This document shows, one piece after another, positions 1 to 9,629 of a stretch of DNA of 64,000 nucleotides. The DNA comes from an uncultured Alphaproteobacteria bacterium (lineage in GTDB: Bacteria; Pseudomonadota; Alphaproteobacteria; Rhizobiales; Beijerinckiaceae), in contig CAWJEI010000002.1 of the NCBI GenBank assembly GCA_963841875.1, forward strand, positions 91,838 through 155,837, given 5' to 3'. Made by a program: the position numbers and the translations under genes. The notes below the pieces were generated by a model that was given only the letters and a program-made list of their open reading frames with translations, searched no databases and was not told the origin of the DNA. The number at the start of each line of letters is the position of its first letter. Position 1 is the stretch's first letter.

Positions 1-744
1 GATGAGGCTCACCGCCTTTTCGCTTTTCACTGAGCCAAGATTTTCCCGCACGCGGGCGCGGGCGGCGCCCAGCCGCGTCTTTCCGACGAGATCGACCGAG
101 ACGAGATCGCCGTCCTGAGCCTCGCCCTGGTCCTCTTTCATCACGACAAGGTTGCGGCCCGCCTGCTTCTTCTCGATCGGCTCCAGCCTTCCGACGCCGT
201 TTTCCTCGATCCGCAACACGCCGATCATGCGATGTCGCGCGCGCGCCAGCAGCTTTATGACGCGGCCCTGATATTTCGGGTCGTTGGGACCGGCGTCATG
301 GTCCGGCTCGGTTCGCGCCAGCGCGCGGTCGCCGACGCCCGGCAAGGGCTGGCCCGGCCGCGCCCGGCGCGGCGCCTGAATCAGGATGCGCGGCGCGGCG
401 CCAAACTCGTCCTCGTTCCATTCGACCGGCGTCGCGATCAACTCGCCGTCGCTATCGCGGCCGATGATGTCGACCAGCGCCACGGCGGGCAGGGCGCCGG
501 GCTTGGCGAGGCTCTTGCCGCGCTTCTCGATGGCGCCTTGCGCCGAGAGTTCGCCGAGCAGGCGCTTCAATTCGATCTTGTCGGCGCCTTTTATTCCGAA
601 GGCGCGGGCGATTTCCCGCTTGCCGATCTTGCCGCCGCCGCCGGCCTTGCGCATCGCCTCTTTTTCGCGGGCCAGAAAGGCCAGAATATCCTCGCGCGAG
701 GGAAGCGGACGCGGTTCTTTTTCGTTATGTTCTTTTTTCGTCAA
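1..744 (-). CDS. rnr: Ribonuclease R, N-terminal part only (gene continues past window start); TTG start at 744
   Basis: Reverse-strand translation from 744 gives TKKEHNEKEPRPLPSREDILAFLAREKEAMRKAGGGGKIGKREIARAFGIKGADKIELKRLLGELSAQGAIEKRG..., typical of the RNase R N-terminal HTH/cold-shock region. The reading frame stays open to position 1. It is absent from the ORF track because it has no in-window stop. Confidence 0.55.
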   Translation of the reverse strand, partial: MTKKEHNEKEPRPLPSREDILAFLAREKEAMRKAGGGGKIGKREIARAFGIKGADKIELKRLLGELSAQGAIEKRGKSLAKPGALPAVALVDIIGRDSDGELIATPVEWNEDEFGAAPRILIQAPRRARPGQPLPGVGDRALARTEPDHDAGPNDPKYQGRVIKLLARARHRMIGVLRIEENGVGRLEPIEKKQAGRNLVVMKEDQGEAQDGDLVSVDLVGKTRLGAARARVRENLGSVKSEKAVSLI

Positions 745-905
745 TGCTCTTTGTTTCCGGCGCGGCGCCGGAGAGGCCGGGCTGCGCGGTAGGGATTATA
801 CACGCCAGCCGGGCCGGGATATATCGGTTTGTCGCGGAGCGATTGACCCGAAGCCGGGCTTGCCGCAAACAGATTTTTGAATGACCTCGCGAGCCTGAAG
901 GCGCA

Positions 906-1757
906 ATGGCCAAGATCAAAACCATCACGCTCTGCGCCGACGATTACGGCCTGTCCTATGGCGTTTCCGCCGGCATTCTGGAGGCCCTGCGCGCGGGGCG
1001 GCTCTCCGCCGTTTCCGCGCTGACCAACGGCCCGCGCTGGCCGGCGCTGGGGCGCGAACTCGTGCGCGGCGAATTCGACGCCGATGTCGGCCTGCATTTC
1101 AACCTCACGCTCGGCGGCCCGCTCGCGGCGATGCCGACGTTCGCGCCGAAGGGCGTCTTTCCCGAGATTTCCGCGGTGATCCGCGACGCCCTGCGCCGCA
1201 AACTGCCGATGGAGGAAATCCGCGCGGAAATCGACCGGCAGCTCGATCGCTTCGAGGCGGTGATGGGCCGCCCGCCGGATTTCGTCGACGGGCATCAGCA
1301 TGTGCAGGCGCTCCCCGGCATTCGCGAGGCGCTGTTGGGAGCGCTGGAGGAGCGGCGGCTGCAGGGCAAATGTTGGCTGCGCGACAGCGGCGACTGGCCG
1401 CACCGGATACTGATGCGCGGCGGGCCGGCGCGAAAGGCTCTGGTGGTGCGAGGCCTCGCCACGGGCTTCCGCCGCGCGGCGCGCAAGCGCGGCTTTACCG
1501 TCAACGACAGTTTCGCGGGCTTTTCCGATTTCAACCCGGGCCACGATTACGCGCGGCAATTCGCGGGGTTTCTGAGGGCGCGCGGACGCCGGCATCTGAT
1601 CATGTGCCACCCCGGCCATGTCGACGAGGAACTGCGGGCGCTGGACCCGGTGACGGTGACGCGCGAGCAGGAGCTGGCCTTTCTGCTCTCGCCGCGTTTT
1701 ACGGAGATGCTGGAGCGGCGGAAGTTGAAGCTGGGAAGGCTGGGCGGGGCGGCGTGA
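906..1757 (+). CDS. ChbG/YdjC-family carbohydrate deacetylase (HpnK-like)
   Basis: 283 aa with N-terminal MAKIKTITLCADDYGLS and HQHV/His-rich motifs typical of the YdjC family. High-GC codon usage. Confidence 0.75.
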   Translation: MAKIKTITLCADDYGLSYGVSAGILEALRAGRLSAVSALTNGPRWPALGRELVRGEFDADVGLHFNLTLGGPLAAMPTFAPKGVFPEISAVIRDALRRKLPMEEIRAEIDRQLDRFEAVMGRPPDFVDGHQHVQALPGIREALLGALEERRLQGKCWLRDSGDWPHRILMRGGPARKALVVRGLATGFRRAARKRGFTVNDSFAGFSDFNPGHDYARQFAGFLRARGRRHLIMCHPGHVDEELRALDPVTVTREQELAFLLSPRFTEMLERRKLKLGRLGGAA

Positions 1758-1834
1758 AATACTTCTTGTATGGTAAGCTTGGCGCATTCGCTGTTTAGAG
1801 AGCGCCGACGTGCTTCAGCCGCCTATCGGAATTC

Positions 1835-2860
1835 TTGAAATCACTATGGTCTCGCCGGCCGGATGGCCGCTGGGCCGCCACTGACATTAAGGGTCTAGAC
1901 CTAAAACCGAAACCAGGTTGCGACACCGACTATTTTATCGTCCCAGGCGACGTCGAGCTTATGACGACAACACCAAGCGCAAATATGCATGAGATGCTTG
2001 CGTCATTTGGTACGACAGATTTTCTTATGAAGCAGAGTATCGTTCCCGTCATCGCATGGAAGGAAGGTGACTTCTTTATTCGATCTATTGGAACGGCGTC
2101 TATAATCAGCTGTTCGGGCTATCTGCTAACTGCTGCTCACGTAATTATGGATCTGTACGATAGCGGGTACGGGGCCGTGAAAGAGGGGCGGCAATTACGC
2201 CTCGACGAGAAATTGAATTTTGGCGTATTTATTCCGATCAGCCCCGCCTATGGGACGCGCGGCGTGCGTTTCTTTCCCATTGAAAGGTTCTGGGTATGGG
2301 GGACCTGGAAGGAGAGCCCACTTGTCATTGACAAAGATAGGTTCGATTATTTAACCGATATTGCAATATGTAAAATTCCCGAGATGCCAGATGGTGCGGC
2401 ACACCAGCCGTTGCATATGTCACTGAATCCGTTTGTACCAGGTGAGGAAGCATATTCTTTAGGCTATGCCGAGATGGGAGATGTTCCTCTGCTATATGGT
2501 AACGGTACCGCATCGCCCAAAGAAACTCGGATGGACTTATATGCGTCTATCGGTGAGGTGATGCAAATGTTTCCGCAGAACCATTTTCAAAAGGATGTGC
2601 CTACACCGGGGCCCTGCTTTGACTTTAAAGCCAAAATACCCGGCAAAATGAGCGGCGCGCCGATATTTGGCGCTCAAGGGGCGATCATCAGAGGGGTCGT
2701 AAGTCGGAGCTTTTCAAACGAACGGCATGCGTTCGGCGCTATGTTGGGGCCTGCGATGCACTTACCACTCAGTGATCCCTTGGACAAAGACCGTACCCTG
2801 CGATCTCTGATGGAGGCGGGAAGCGAAGGCATAGCGCGAATACAGGGTGTCGGCCTCTGA
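1835..2860 (+). CDS. Trypsin-like (S1/Trypsin_2) serine protease, no signal peptide, in a low-GC islet
   Basis: Catalytic-triad-like motifs LLTAAHV (His), DIAICKI (Asp) and GKMSGAPIF (GxSGxP Ser). GC content is markedly lower than the flanks. TTG start at 1835; the true start may be an internal Met (e.g. MTTTPSANMHEM...). Confidence 0.6.
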   Translation: MKSLWSRRPDGRWAATDIKGLDLKPKPGCDTDYFIVPGDVELMTTTPSANMHEMLASFGTTDFLMKQSIVPVIAWKEGDFFIRSIGTASIISCSGYLLTAAHVIMDLYDSGYGAVKEGRQLRLDEKLNFGVFIPISPAYGTRGVRFFPIERFWVWGTWKESPLVIDKDRFDYLTDIAICKIPEMPDGAAHQPLHMSLNPFVPGEEAYSLGYAEMGDVPLLYGNGTASPKETRMDLYASIGEVMQMFPQNHFQKDVPTPGPCFDFKAKIPGKMSGAPIFGAQGAIIRGVVSRSFSNERHAFGAMLGPAMHLPLSDPLDKDRTLRSLMEAGSEGIARIQGVGL

Positions 2861-2921
2861 CGGTGCCGTCCGTTTCGGTCGTTGCTACGTCGCGGAAGCT
2901 CAATCCGGCCCCAATCCCCAC

Positions 2922-3779
2922 TCACCCCACCACCACATCCAACCCCAAATCCATCACCCGCGCCGAATGGGTGAGCGCCCCGACTGAAATCAAATCGACG
3001 CCGGTTTCGGCGATCGCCGCGATGCTCTCCAGCGTCACGCCGCCGGAGGCTTCGGCGATCATGCGGCCGCCGATCATCGCCACCGCCTCGCGCAAATCCT
3101 CAAGCGACATATTGTCGAGCAGCACGACATCCGCGCCCTCCGCCAGAACCTCGCGCAATTGCGCGAGCGTATCGACCTCTATCTCGATCTTCACCAGATG
3201 GCCCTTGAAAGCCTTTGCGGCGCGTAGCGCGTTGGCGACGCCGCCCGCGACGGCGATGTGGTTGTCCTTGATGAGGATCGCGTCGTCGAGGCCGAAGCGG
3301 TGATTGGAGCCGCCGCCGCAGCGCACGGCGTATTTCTCGAAGGCGCGCAGCAGCGGCGTGGTCTTGCGCGTGTCGCAGACCTTGGCTTTCGTGTGCGCGA
3401 TCCTCGCCGCGAAACGCTCCGTTAGCGAGGCGATCCCCGAAAGCCGTCCGAGATAGTTCAGCGCCACGCGCTCGGCGCCGAGCACGCCGCGCGCCGAGCC
3501 TTTTATGCGCGCGACGACGGCGCCCGGCGCCACATGCGCGCCATCTTCGACGCAAGGCTCGAAGGCGATCGCGGCGTCGATCTGCGCGAAGGCTTCGCGC
3601 GCCAGCGGTAGGCCGGCGATCACGCCTTCCTCGCGCGCCGCGATGACGGCCTTTGCCTGCGCGGAGGTGGGAATGGTCGCCTGCGTGGTGATGTCGCCAG
3701 CGCGGCCGAGGTCTTCTTGAAGCGCGGCGCGCACGGCGTCGGCTATCAGCAGCGGCGAAAGGGCGGGAAGGTTGTTCAT
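2922..3779 (-). CDS. nadC: Nicotinate-nucleotide pyrophosphorylase (quinolinate phosphoribosyltransferase)
   Basis: 285 aa; the full-length NadC/QPRTase pattern runs from ...[12 protein letters not shown]... to ...VMDLGLDVV.... Confidence 0.9.
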   Translation of the reverse strand: MNNLPALSPLLIADAVRAALQEDLGRAGDITTQATIPTSAQAKAVIAAREEGVIAGLPLAREAFAQIDAAIAFEPCVEDGAHVAPGAVVARIKGSARGVLGAERVALNYLGRLSGIASLTERFAARIAHTKAKVCDTRKTTPLLRAFEKYAVRCGGGSNHRFGLDDAILIKDNHIAVAGGVANALRAAKAFKGHLVKIEIEVDTLAQLREVLAEGADVVLLDNMSLEDLREAVAMIGGRMIAEASGGVTLESIAAIAETGVDLISVGALTHSARVMDLGLDVVVG

Positions 3780-5305
3780 TGCGTCGCCTCGAGCGCGATG
3801 GCCTGCGCCTGCTCCAGCGTCATGCGCGAGCGATGCGCCAACTCAGCTTCGGCCTTTGGAAAATCCGAGCGAAAATGCGCGCCCCGGCTTTCGCGCCGGG
3901 CGTAAGCCGCGCTGGCGATCAGCAGCGCCGTCGTCAGCATGTTCTGCGTTTGCGGGTCTTTGCCTTGAGTTCGTAGCCGCGAGATTGCGCCGAGCGCGCG
4001 AGCAAGGCCTGTCTTGTCGCGGATGACGCCCACATTCATCGCCATCACGTCGCGCAACTCCTCAATGAGGGCGCCTTCGTCATTGTGCTGGAGTTGCTCG
4101 GAGGCGCTTTCGGGCGCCGCGCCGCCCTGCGGGCTCGCAGCGATATCCGCCGCCACGCGCGCGCCAAAGACGATGGCCTCCAGCAGCGAATTTGAGGCGA
4201 GGCGATTGGCGCCGTGCAGGCCGGTGCAGGCGACTTCTCCCGCCGCCCAGAGGCCGGGCAGGGTGGTTCGGCCCCGCGCGTCCGTGGCGACGCCGCCCAT
4301 ATGGTAATGCGCGGCGGGCGCGATGGGGATCACGGCGGTCACGGGATCTATCCCCGCCGCCATGCAGCTTGCGTAGACGGTCGGGAACCGGGACGCGAAG
4401 GCGGCGCCGACGGCGGCGCGCGCGTCGAGAAAGGCGCCCTTGCCCGCTTTGATGCTGCCAAACACCCCGCGCGCGACAATATCGCGGGGCGCGAGTTCGG
4501 CGGCGGGGTTTATGTCGGCGAGAAAGCGATGTCCGTCCCTGTCGACGATCAGCGCGCCTTCGCCGCGCAGCGATTCGGTGGCGAGCGGGGCGGGGTCGGC
4601 GCCGATGTCCATCGCCGTGGGGTGAAATTGCACGAATTCCGCGTCGGAGATCAGCGCGCCCGCCTGCGCCGCCATGGCGACGCCGGCGCCGCAGGCGTCG
4701 ACCGGATTGGTGGTGACGCGGTAGAGATGGCCGACGCCGCCTGTCGCCAGCACCAACGCCTTGCAGGGCAGGAAGCGCGTGCCGCCTTGGGCGTCGACGC
4801 CCAGGACTCCGACCGCGCGGCCTTCATGCGTGACAATGCGAAAAGCCGAAATTCCCTCGATGATCTCGATCGAGGGCGTGCGCAGAACCTCGCGAGTCAG
4901 CGCGTCCATGATCGCGCGGCCCGCCGCGTCGCCTTTCACCCGAACGATGCGACGATGCGAATGCGCCGCCTCGCGCGAGGGCTGCAACACGCCTTGCGCG
5001 TCTCGGTCGAAGGGCGCGCCGAAGGCGGCCAGATCGTCGATCCGCGCGCGCGCCTCCAGCGCCACGCCGAGGGCTACGTCGGCGTCGACGAGGCCGGCGC
5101 CCGCCGCGACGGTATCGGCGGCGTGAACCTCCGGCGTGTCCTCCTCGGTGACGGCCGCCGCGACGCCGCCCTGCGCCCAGGACGAGGCGCCGCCGATGCC
5201 TGCCGGCGCCAGTATCGCCACCGGCAGCGGCGCGAGTTTGAGCGCGCAGAAGACTCCGGCGAGCCCGCCGCCGATGATGAGAATGGGAGCTGTTGTTTCG
5301 CTCAT
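3776..5305 (-). CDS. nadB: L-aspartate oxidase
   Basis: 509 aa; N-terminal FAD-binding GGGLAG motif ([15 protein letters not shown]) and the fumarate reductase/succinate dehydrogenase flavoprotein fold signature. Overlaps nadC by 4 nt, indicating an operon. Confidence 0.9.
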   Translation of the reverse strand: MSETTAPILIIGGGLAGVFCALKLAPLPVAILAPAGIGGASSWAQGGVAAAVTEEDTPEVHAADTVAAGAGLVDADVALGVALEARARIDDLAAFGAPFDRDAQGVLQPSREAAHSHRRIVRVKGDAAGRAIMDALTREVLRTPSIEIIEGISAFRIVTHEGRAVGVLGVDAQGGTRFLPCKALVLATGGVGHLYRVTTNPVDACGAGVAMAAQAGALISDAEFVQFHPTAMDIGADPAPLATESLRGEGALIVDRDGHRFLADINPAAELAPRDIVARGVFGSIKAGKGAFLDARAAVGAAFASRFPTVYASCMAAGIDPVTAVIPIAPAAHYHMGGVATDARGRTTLPGLWAAGEVACTGLHGANRLASNSLLEAIVFGARVAADIAASPQGGAAPESASEQLQHNDEGALIEELRDVMAMNVGVIRDKTGLARALGAISRLRTQGKDPQTQNMLTTALLIASAAYARRESRGAHFRSDFPKAEAELAHRSRMTLEQAQAIALEATQ

Positions 5306-5309
5306 GCGC

Positions 5310-5951
5310 TCAGTCGACCGCGACGGCGGCGAGACGCGACAGCGCGGCGGATTCCTTTTCGATCGCGGCTGTCACGAGCGCGCGGGTGCGCGGGGGCAGG
5401 GGCAGTTCGAGCGCGGCGGCATGTCCGCGCGGCGACATCTTGCACAGGGTTTTTCCCAGAATGTCGACGATCTTGTCGTCGTCATAGCCTTCGTATTTGG
5501 CGAGGAACTCGTCGAAATAATGCTCAAGGAAGACAATCGCCGCGATGTTCTCCAGCGCTTGCGATTCTCGGTCTTTCTTGAGCTGCTCCTTGCGGATCAG
5601 GGCGCCGACATGGTTCGCTTCATCGTCGGAATAGCCTTGGGCGCGCATGATGTCGCCGACCAGCTTCGCGTGATGAATGCGGCATTGCTTGCGCCAGTCG
5701 TTATAACCGTGGCGCCCTTGTGGATAGTCGGCGCGATGAATTTCCCAGCGCCGCAAATGCTGCGCGCGCGCAGCGATTTGGAGGAGTTCCGAAGCCCCCG
5801 GATAGACCGCCGCGAGACGCGCGCTCATGCGCCGGGAATAAAGCTGTTCGAAAGCGATTTCTTCGCCGTCGACAACCAGCTTGCGGGGATCGTCCGCGTT
5901 GGCGGCGTCGATCGCCGCCAGAACTGCGCTGAGCCTCGTCGTCGCGGCCAT
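5310..5951 (-). CDS. DUF4202-family protein embedded in the nad operon
   Basis: Real start is the internal Met at 5949-5951 (MAATTRLSAVLAAIDAANADD...). The longer ORF upstream overlaps the nadA 3' end in another frame. ~213 aa; content such as ...HRADYPQGRHGYNDWRKQCRIHHAKL... and ...EHYFDEFLAKYEGYDDDKIVDIL... matches DUF4202. Confidence 0.6.
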   Translation of the reverse strand: MAATTRLSAVLAAIDAANADDPRKLVVDGEEIAFEQLYSRRMSARLAAVYPGASELLQIAARAQHLRRWEIHRADYPQGRHGYNDWRKQCRIHHAKLVGDIMRAQGYSDDEANHVGALIRKEQLKKDRESQALENIAAIVFLEHYFDEFLAKYEGYDDDKIVDILGKTLCKMSPRGHAAALELPLPPRTRALVTAAIEKESAALSRLAAVAVD

Positions 5952-6019
5952 GACAGATCTCCAGAAAGGAGGGCGCAGCGCTGCTTGCCCGGGAAGAAAG
6001 CCGGAGCCGCTGGCTAACG

Positions 6020-7114
6020 CTATCCGACGTCGATCATGCGCTGCACGCTGGCGCGAGCGCGTTCGGCGAGAAGCGGATCTACCAGGACTTCCTCGCGCAT
6101 GTAGATCAGGCTGTCGAGGATTTTTGGCAGCGTGATGCGCTTCATATGCGGGCAGAAGTTGCAGGGACGGATGAACTCGGTGCCCGTCGTTTCGGCGGCC
6201 ACATTGTCGGCCATCGAGCATTCGGTGACAAGCAACACGCGCGCGGGCTTCTTGTTGCGGACGTAATCTATCATCGCGGCCGTGGAGCCCGCGAAATCCG
6301 AAATCTCCACGACTTCGCGCGGACATTCGGGATGCGCGATGATCTTCACGCCCGGATTGTCGGCGCGATAGCTCTGGATTTCCTCCGCCGTGAAGCGTTC
6401 ATGCACTTCGCAGGCGCCGTGCCAGGCGATGATCTTCACCTTTGTCTGGGCGGCGACATTCTGCGCAAGATATTTGTCCGGCAGCATGATGACGCGATCG
6501 GAGCCAAGGCTCTCGACGATCTTCAGCGCGTTGGACGAGGTGCAGCAGATGTCGACTTCCGCCTTCACTTCCGCGGAAGTGTTGACATAGGCGACGATCG
6601 GCACGCCAGGATATTCCTTGCGCAGCGCGCGCACGTCGGCGCCGGTGATCGACGCCGCCAGTGAACAGCCGGCTTCGGAGTCCGGGATCAGCACGGTCTT
6701 TTCCGGGCTGAGAATCTTCGAGGTTTCGGCCATGAAATGCACGCCGCCCTGCACGATGACGTCGGCGGGGGAGGCGGCGGCGAGCTTTGCGAGCTGAAGG
6801 CTGTCGCCGACATAATCGGCGACGCAGTGATAGATCTCCGGCGTTTGATAATTATGCGCGAGAATGACCGCGTTGCGTTCGCGTTTCAGCTCATTGATCG
6901 CCTTCACATAAGGTGCATGGAACGGCCACTCGACCGGCGGCATGACCTTCGCCACGCGCTCGTAGAGATGAGCGGTGGCGGCCTCCACTTCGGGAGTCCA
7001 CTCAAGATTGGGCCGTGGCAGAACAGGAAAGCGCGTCGCCATGCCCGTGCCGGCAAGCGTCGCGAAATGCGAGCGGCCGTCGAGTTTAGCTTCAACGCGA
7101 GACGATATACCCAT
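6020..7114 (-). CDS. nadA: Quinolinate synthase A
   Basis: 364 aa with typical NadA segments (ILAHNYQ, CCTSSNA, the Cys ligands [11 protein letters not shown]). Confidence 0.9.
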   Translation of the reverse strand: MGISSRVEAKLDGRSHFATLAGTGMATRFPVLPRPNLEWTPEVEAATAHLYERVAKVMPPVEWPFHAPYVKAINELKRERNAVILAHNYQTPEIYHCVADYVGDSLQLAKLAAASPADVIVQGGVHFMAETSKILSPEKTVLIPDSEAGCSLAASITGADVRALRKEYPGVPIVAYVNTSAEVKAEVDICCTSSNALKIVESLGSDRVIMLPDKYLAQNVAAQTKVKIIAWHGACEVHERFTAEEIQSYRADNPGVKIIAHPECPREVVEISDFAGSTAAMIDYVRNKKPARVLLVTECSMADNVAAETTGTEFIRPCNFCPHMKRITLPKILDSLIYMREEVLVDPLLAERARASVQRMIDVG

Positions 7115-7169
7115 GACGCGCTCCCAGATTAACGCGATGTCGACATTCCGGATTCAATTCGCCTACATT

Positions 7170-7184
7170 TGCTCACTATGAGCA
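7170..7184. promoter_or_regulatory. Palindrome TGCTC-actat-GAGCA upstream of nadA (candidate operator)
   Basis: Inverted repeat read directly in the nadA / GGDEF-EAL intergenic region. Shares its core with the second palindrome at 7291-7311. Confidence 0.3.
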
Positions 7185-7290
7185 TAAGTAGGTTGCGGCG
7201 ATTGTGCCTCCGCCCTTAGACGCGGGGCCGGGGTAAGAGACTACCTTCGGGCAGGCTCGTTCAGCTCATTCGGCTGCGACGCCCAGTTAG

Positions 7291-7311
7291 ATATGCTCGT
7301 TAAGAGCATAT
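7291..7311. promoter_or_regulatory. Perfect 8+5+8 palindrome ATATGCTC-gttaa-GAGCATAT upstream of nadA (candidate NAD-regulon operator, NadQ-like)
   Basis: Perfect inverted repeat read in the sequence, with the same TGCTC/GAGCA core as 7170-7184. Sits 5' of the nadA-DUF4202-nadB-nadC operon. Confidence 0.35.
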
Positions 7312-7517
7312 GTCAAGCAAGAGCGTCAACGACCCCTTAACATTTATTGCAATGCTTACGCCTGCGCGGCGGAGGCGCTCGGCGCAGTTTGTTAGCATAT
7401 CGGAAACCTAAACTGAATTTAACCGGATTTTGGGTCCGCCGTTTACATTTGATCAAGCGTAACCGCAGACACTTTTGCCTGAACTCGTCCAAAAATTAAT
7501 ATAATTAGGGACCAGGC

Positions 7518-9557
7518 ATGTCTGTTTTTTACAACAGCGCACATCGCTCTACTTCGACAAAACTTTCCTCGCTTCGCTCCTTTTTCATGTGGCAGGCGAG
7601 CAAATGCCTGCAGCTGTTGGACGGCGATTTGCTCGCGTTTGAGGAGAGAACGCCCTCAAGCGTGGTTGTCGGGCGAATCCGGACGGAACAGCTCACGTCA
7701 GTGGCGAGCAACACCATCCTCATGATGCTGGCGTCGGCGTTGAACGCTCTTGTCTGGATGAGCGTCACCTTCCCCACGCCGAAGGCGGGGCTCGGCCTGG
7801 CCTGGGGCGCCATCGTCCTTTGTCTTTGTGGGTTTGTCGCCTTCAAGCGCCTAAATGACGACCGAAGCAATTTCTCGGCGCCTTCAAAGCGCGGACTTCA
7901 TTTGGCGACGTGCTACGCTTTCGCTTTCGGCGTGATTTGGGGCTTGCTCCCGATAATGTTTTTCGGGGATGCGGCGCCGGGGGAACGACTCATCATCGTC
8001 TGCCTCTCCAGCGGGATGATGTTTGGCGGGGCCACGGCGCTCTGGACCATTCCCACCGCGCTGCTGGCTTTCTTGGCGCCGATCTTCTGCGGATCGCTTT
8101 ACACGATCGACGCGACGGAAGGTCCGGCCTTTGGCGCTCTGGCCGCGCTGCTGGTCGTTTATACGCTCTTCCTGTTTGGGGCGAGCCTCGTCCGTTCCGT
8201 CGCCATGGCGCGCCGCTGCGTGGCCATGGTCGACGCGGAAAACAGCGTATTGAAGGATGAACTCACCAAGCTGCCCAACCGCGCGATATTCCGTAACGAG
8301 CTGACCAGAGCCCTGGCGCGTCAGGATCGCAACGGCGGCGGCTTTGCGGTGATGTGCTTCGATCTGGACGGGTTCAAGAAGGTCAATGACACGATGGGCC
8401 ACGCCGCCGGCGACCAGGTTCTTATCGAAGCGGCGCGCCGCTTGAGCCAATCGACCCGCAGCGTCGACACGTTGGCGCGTTTCGGCGGAGACGAATTCGC
8501 GTTGATCGCCACGGATATCTTTTCGCCTTCTCAGGCGAAGGTCGTCGCGGACAGGATCGTGCGCGCGTTCAAGGAACCTTTCGTCGTCGACGGCGCCGCG
8601 CATAAGGTCACGATCAGCGTCGGCGTCGCACTGGCGCCCACCGACGGCGTTGACGGCTCCGCGCTGTTGCGCAACGCCGACAGCGCGCTGTATGCGACCA
8701 AGAACTCAGGTCGCAGCGGCTTTACCCTTTTTCGAGAGCAGTTCAGGTTCGTCGCCGAACGGACGACGCTGGAAGCCGAATTGGACCGCGCGTTGGCGCA
8801 GCGCGAACTCGATATTGTTTACCAGCCGTTCGTTCATGTGGAGAGCCTGCGCACAACCGGCTTCGAGGCCCTGGTGCGGTGGCGGCATCCCTCGCGCGGC
8901 GTTCTTGAAGCCTCAGACATTATTCCTCTGCTTGAACGCGCCGGACTCATCGACGCCGTTGGCGCTCACATATTGAAAGAGGCTGTCGCCGCAGCGGCAA
9001 GCTGGCCCGAGCGCCTCCGGCTGGCGGTTCCGGTTTCACATCTACAGCTTCTCAAGCCCGGATTTGCGCAAACCGTGAAAGCGATTTTGGAGGATGCGGA
9101 CTTCAATCCCCGCCGGCTGGAGCTTGAGTTAAGCCAAAGCGCCTTGATTGTTGAATTGCCCGAGGCGATCGAGCAATTGCGCATGTTGCGGGACATGGGG
9201 GTGAAGACGGCGTTGAAGGATCTTGACGCAGGCTACGGCTCGCTGGTCGGTCTCGTGGAACTGCCGCTCAATCGCCTCAAGATCGACAAGCGCTTTGTCC
9301 GCGATCTCGTCAACAAGTCGATGTGCGCGTCTATTGTGAGGATTTCCTCCGAGCTTGCGCGCGCCTTGAACCTGGAAGTCACCGCGGAAGGCGTCGAGAA
9401 CAGCGCGCAGCTCGCGGCGATCCGGGGGCTCGGTTGCATGGAAGCGCAAGGGCCGGCCTTTGGCGCGCCGCGAGGATCGGCGGACCTCGAAGCGTTGTAT
9501 GAGTTCTCGCGCCTTGCCACGAAGTCGCGCAGGCGCCGACTGGAACGGGTCGCCTGA
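7518..9557 (+). CDS. Membrane-anchored GGDEF-EAL protein (diguanylate cyclase/phosphodiesterase)
   Basis: 679 aa with multiple N-terminal TM helices, a GGDEF motif (RFGGDEF) and an EAL domain (EALVRWRHP..., ...DLDAGYGSL...). The start codon is uncertain; several in-frame Met lie downstream. Confidence 0.85.
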   Translation: MSVFYNSAHRSTSTKLSSLRSFFMWQASKCLQLLDGDLLAFEERTPSSVVVGRIRTEQLTSVASNTILMMLASALNALVWMSVTFPTPKAGLGLAWGAIVLCLCGFVAFKRLNDDRSNFSAPSKRGLHLATCYAFAFGVIWGLLPIMFFGDAAPGERLIIVCLSSGMMFGGATALWTIPTALLAFLAPIFCGSLYTIDATEGPAFGALAALLVVYTLFLFGASLVRSVAMARRCVAMVDAENSVLKDELTKLPNRAIFRNELTRALARQDRNGGGFAVMCFDLDGFKKVNDTMGHAAGDQVLIEAARRLSQSTRSVDTLARFGGDEFALIATDIFSPSQAKVVADRIVRAFKEPFVVDGAAHKVTISVGVALAPTDGVDGSALLRNADSALYATKNSGRSGFTLFREQFRFVAERTTLEAELDRALAQRELDIVYQPFVHVESLRTTGFEALVRWRHPSRGVLEASDIIPLLERAGLIDAVGAHILKEAVAAAASWPERLRLAVPVSHLQLLKPGFAQTVKAILEDADFNPRRLELELSQSALIVELPEAIEQLRMLRDMGVKTALKDLDAGYGSLVGLVELPLNRLKIDKRFVRDLVNKSMCASIVRISSELARALNLEVTAEGVENSAQLAAIRGLGCMEAQGPAFGAPRGSADLEALYEFSRLATKSRRRRLERVA

Positions 9558-9629
9558 GCGGCGATCCAGCTCCGGCGGACTTTCAAATCGGCGATTTTGT
9601 CCCCGCGTTGAAAGTGCTATCAACGCGGC

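Noticed and set aside
232-792. 186-aa plus-strand ORF at window start
   Set aside because: Antisense to the clearly recognisable RNase R N-terminus on the minus strand.
741-1787. 348-aa minus-strand ORF overlapping the YdjC-family gene
   Set aside because: Arg/Ala/Pro-rich antisense ORF typical of GC-rich DNA. The plus-strand ORF has a clear YdjC-family signature.
4214-5581. 455-aa plus-strand ORF
   Set aside because: Antisense to nadB; Arg/Gly-rich junk composition.
5952-6326. N-terminal extension of the DUF4202 ORF (track start 6326)
   Set aside because: Overlaps the 3' end of nadA in another frame and is Arg-rich. The conserved protein begins at the internal Met at 5951.
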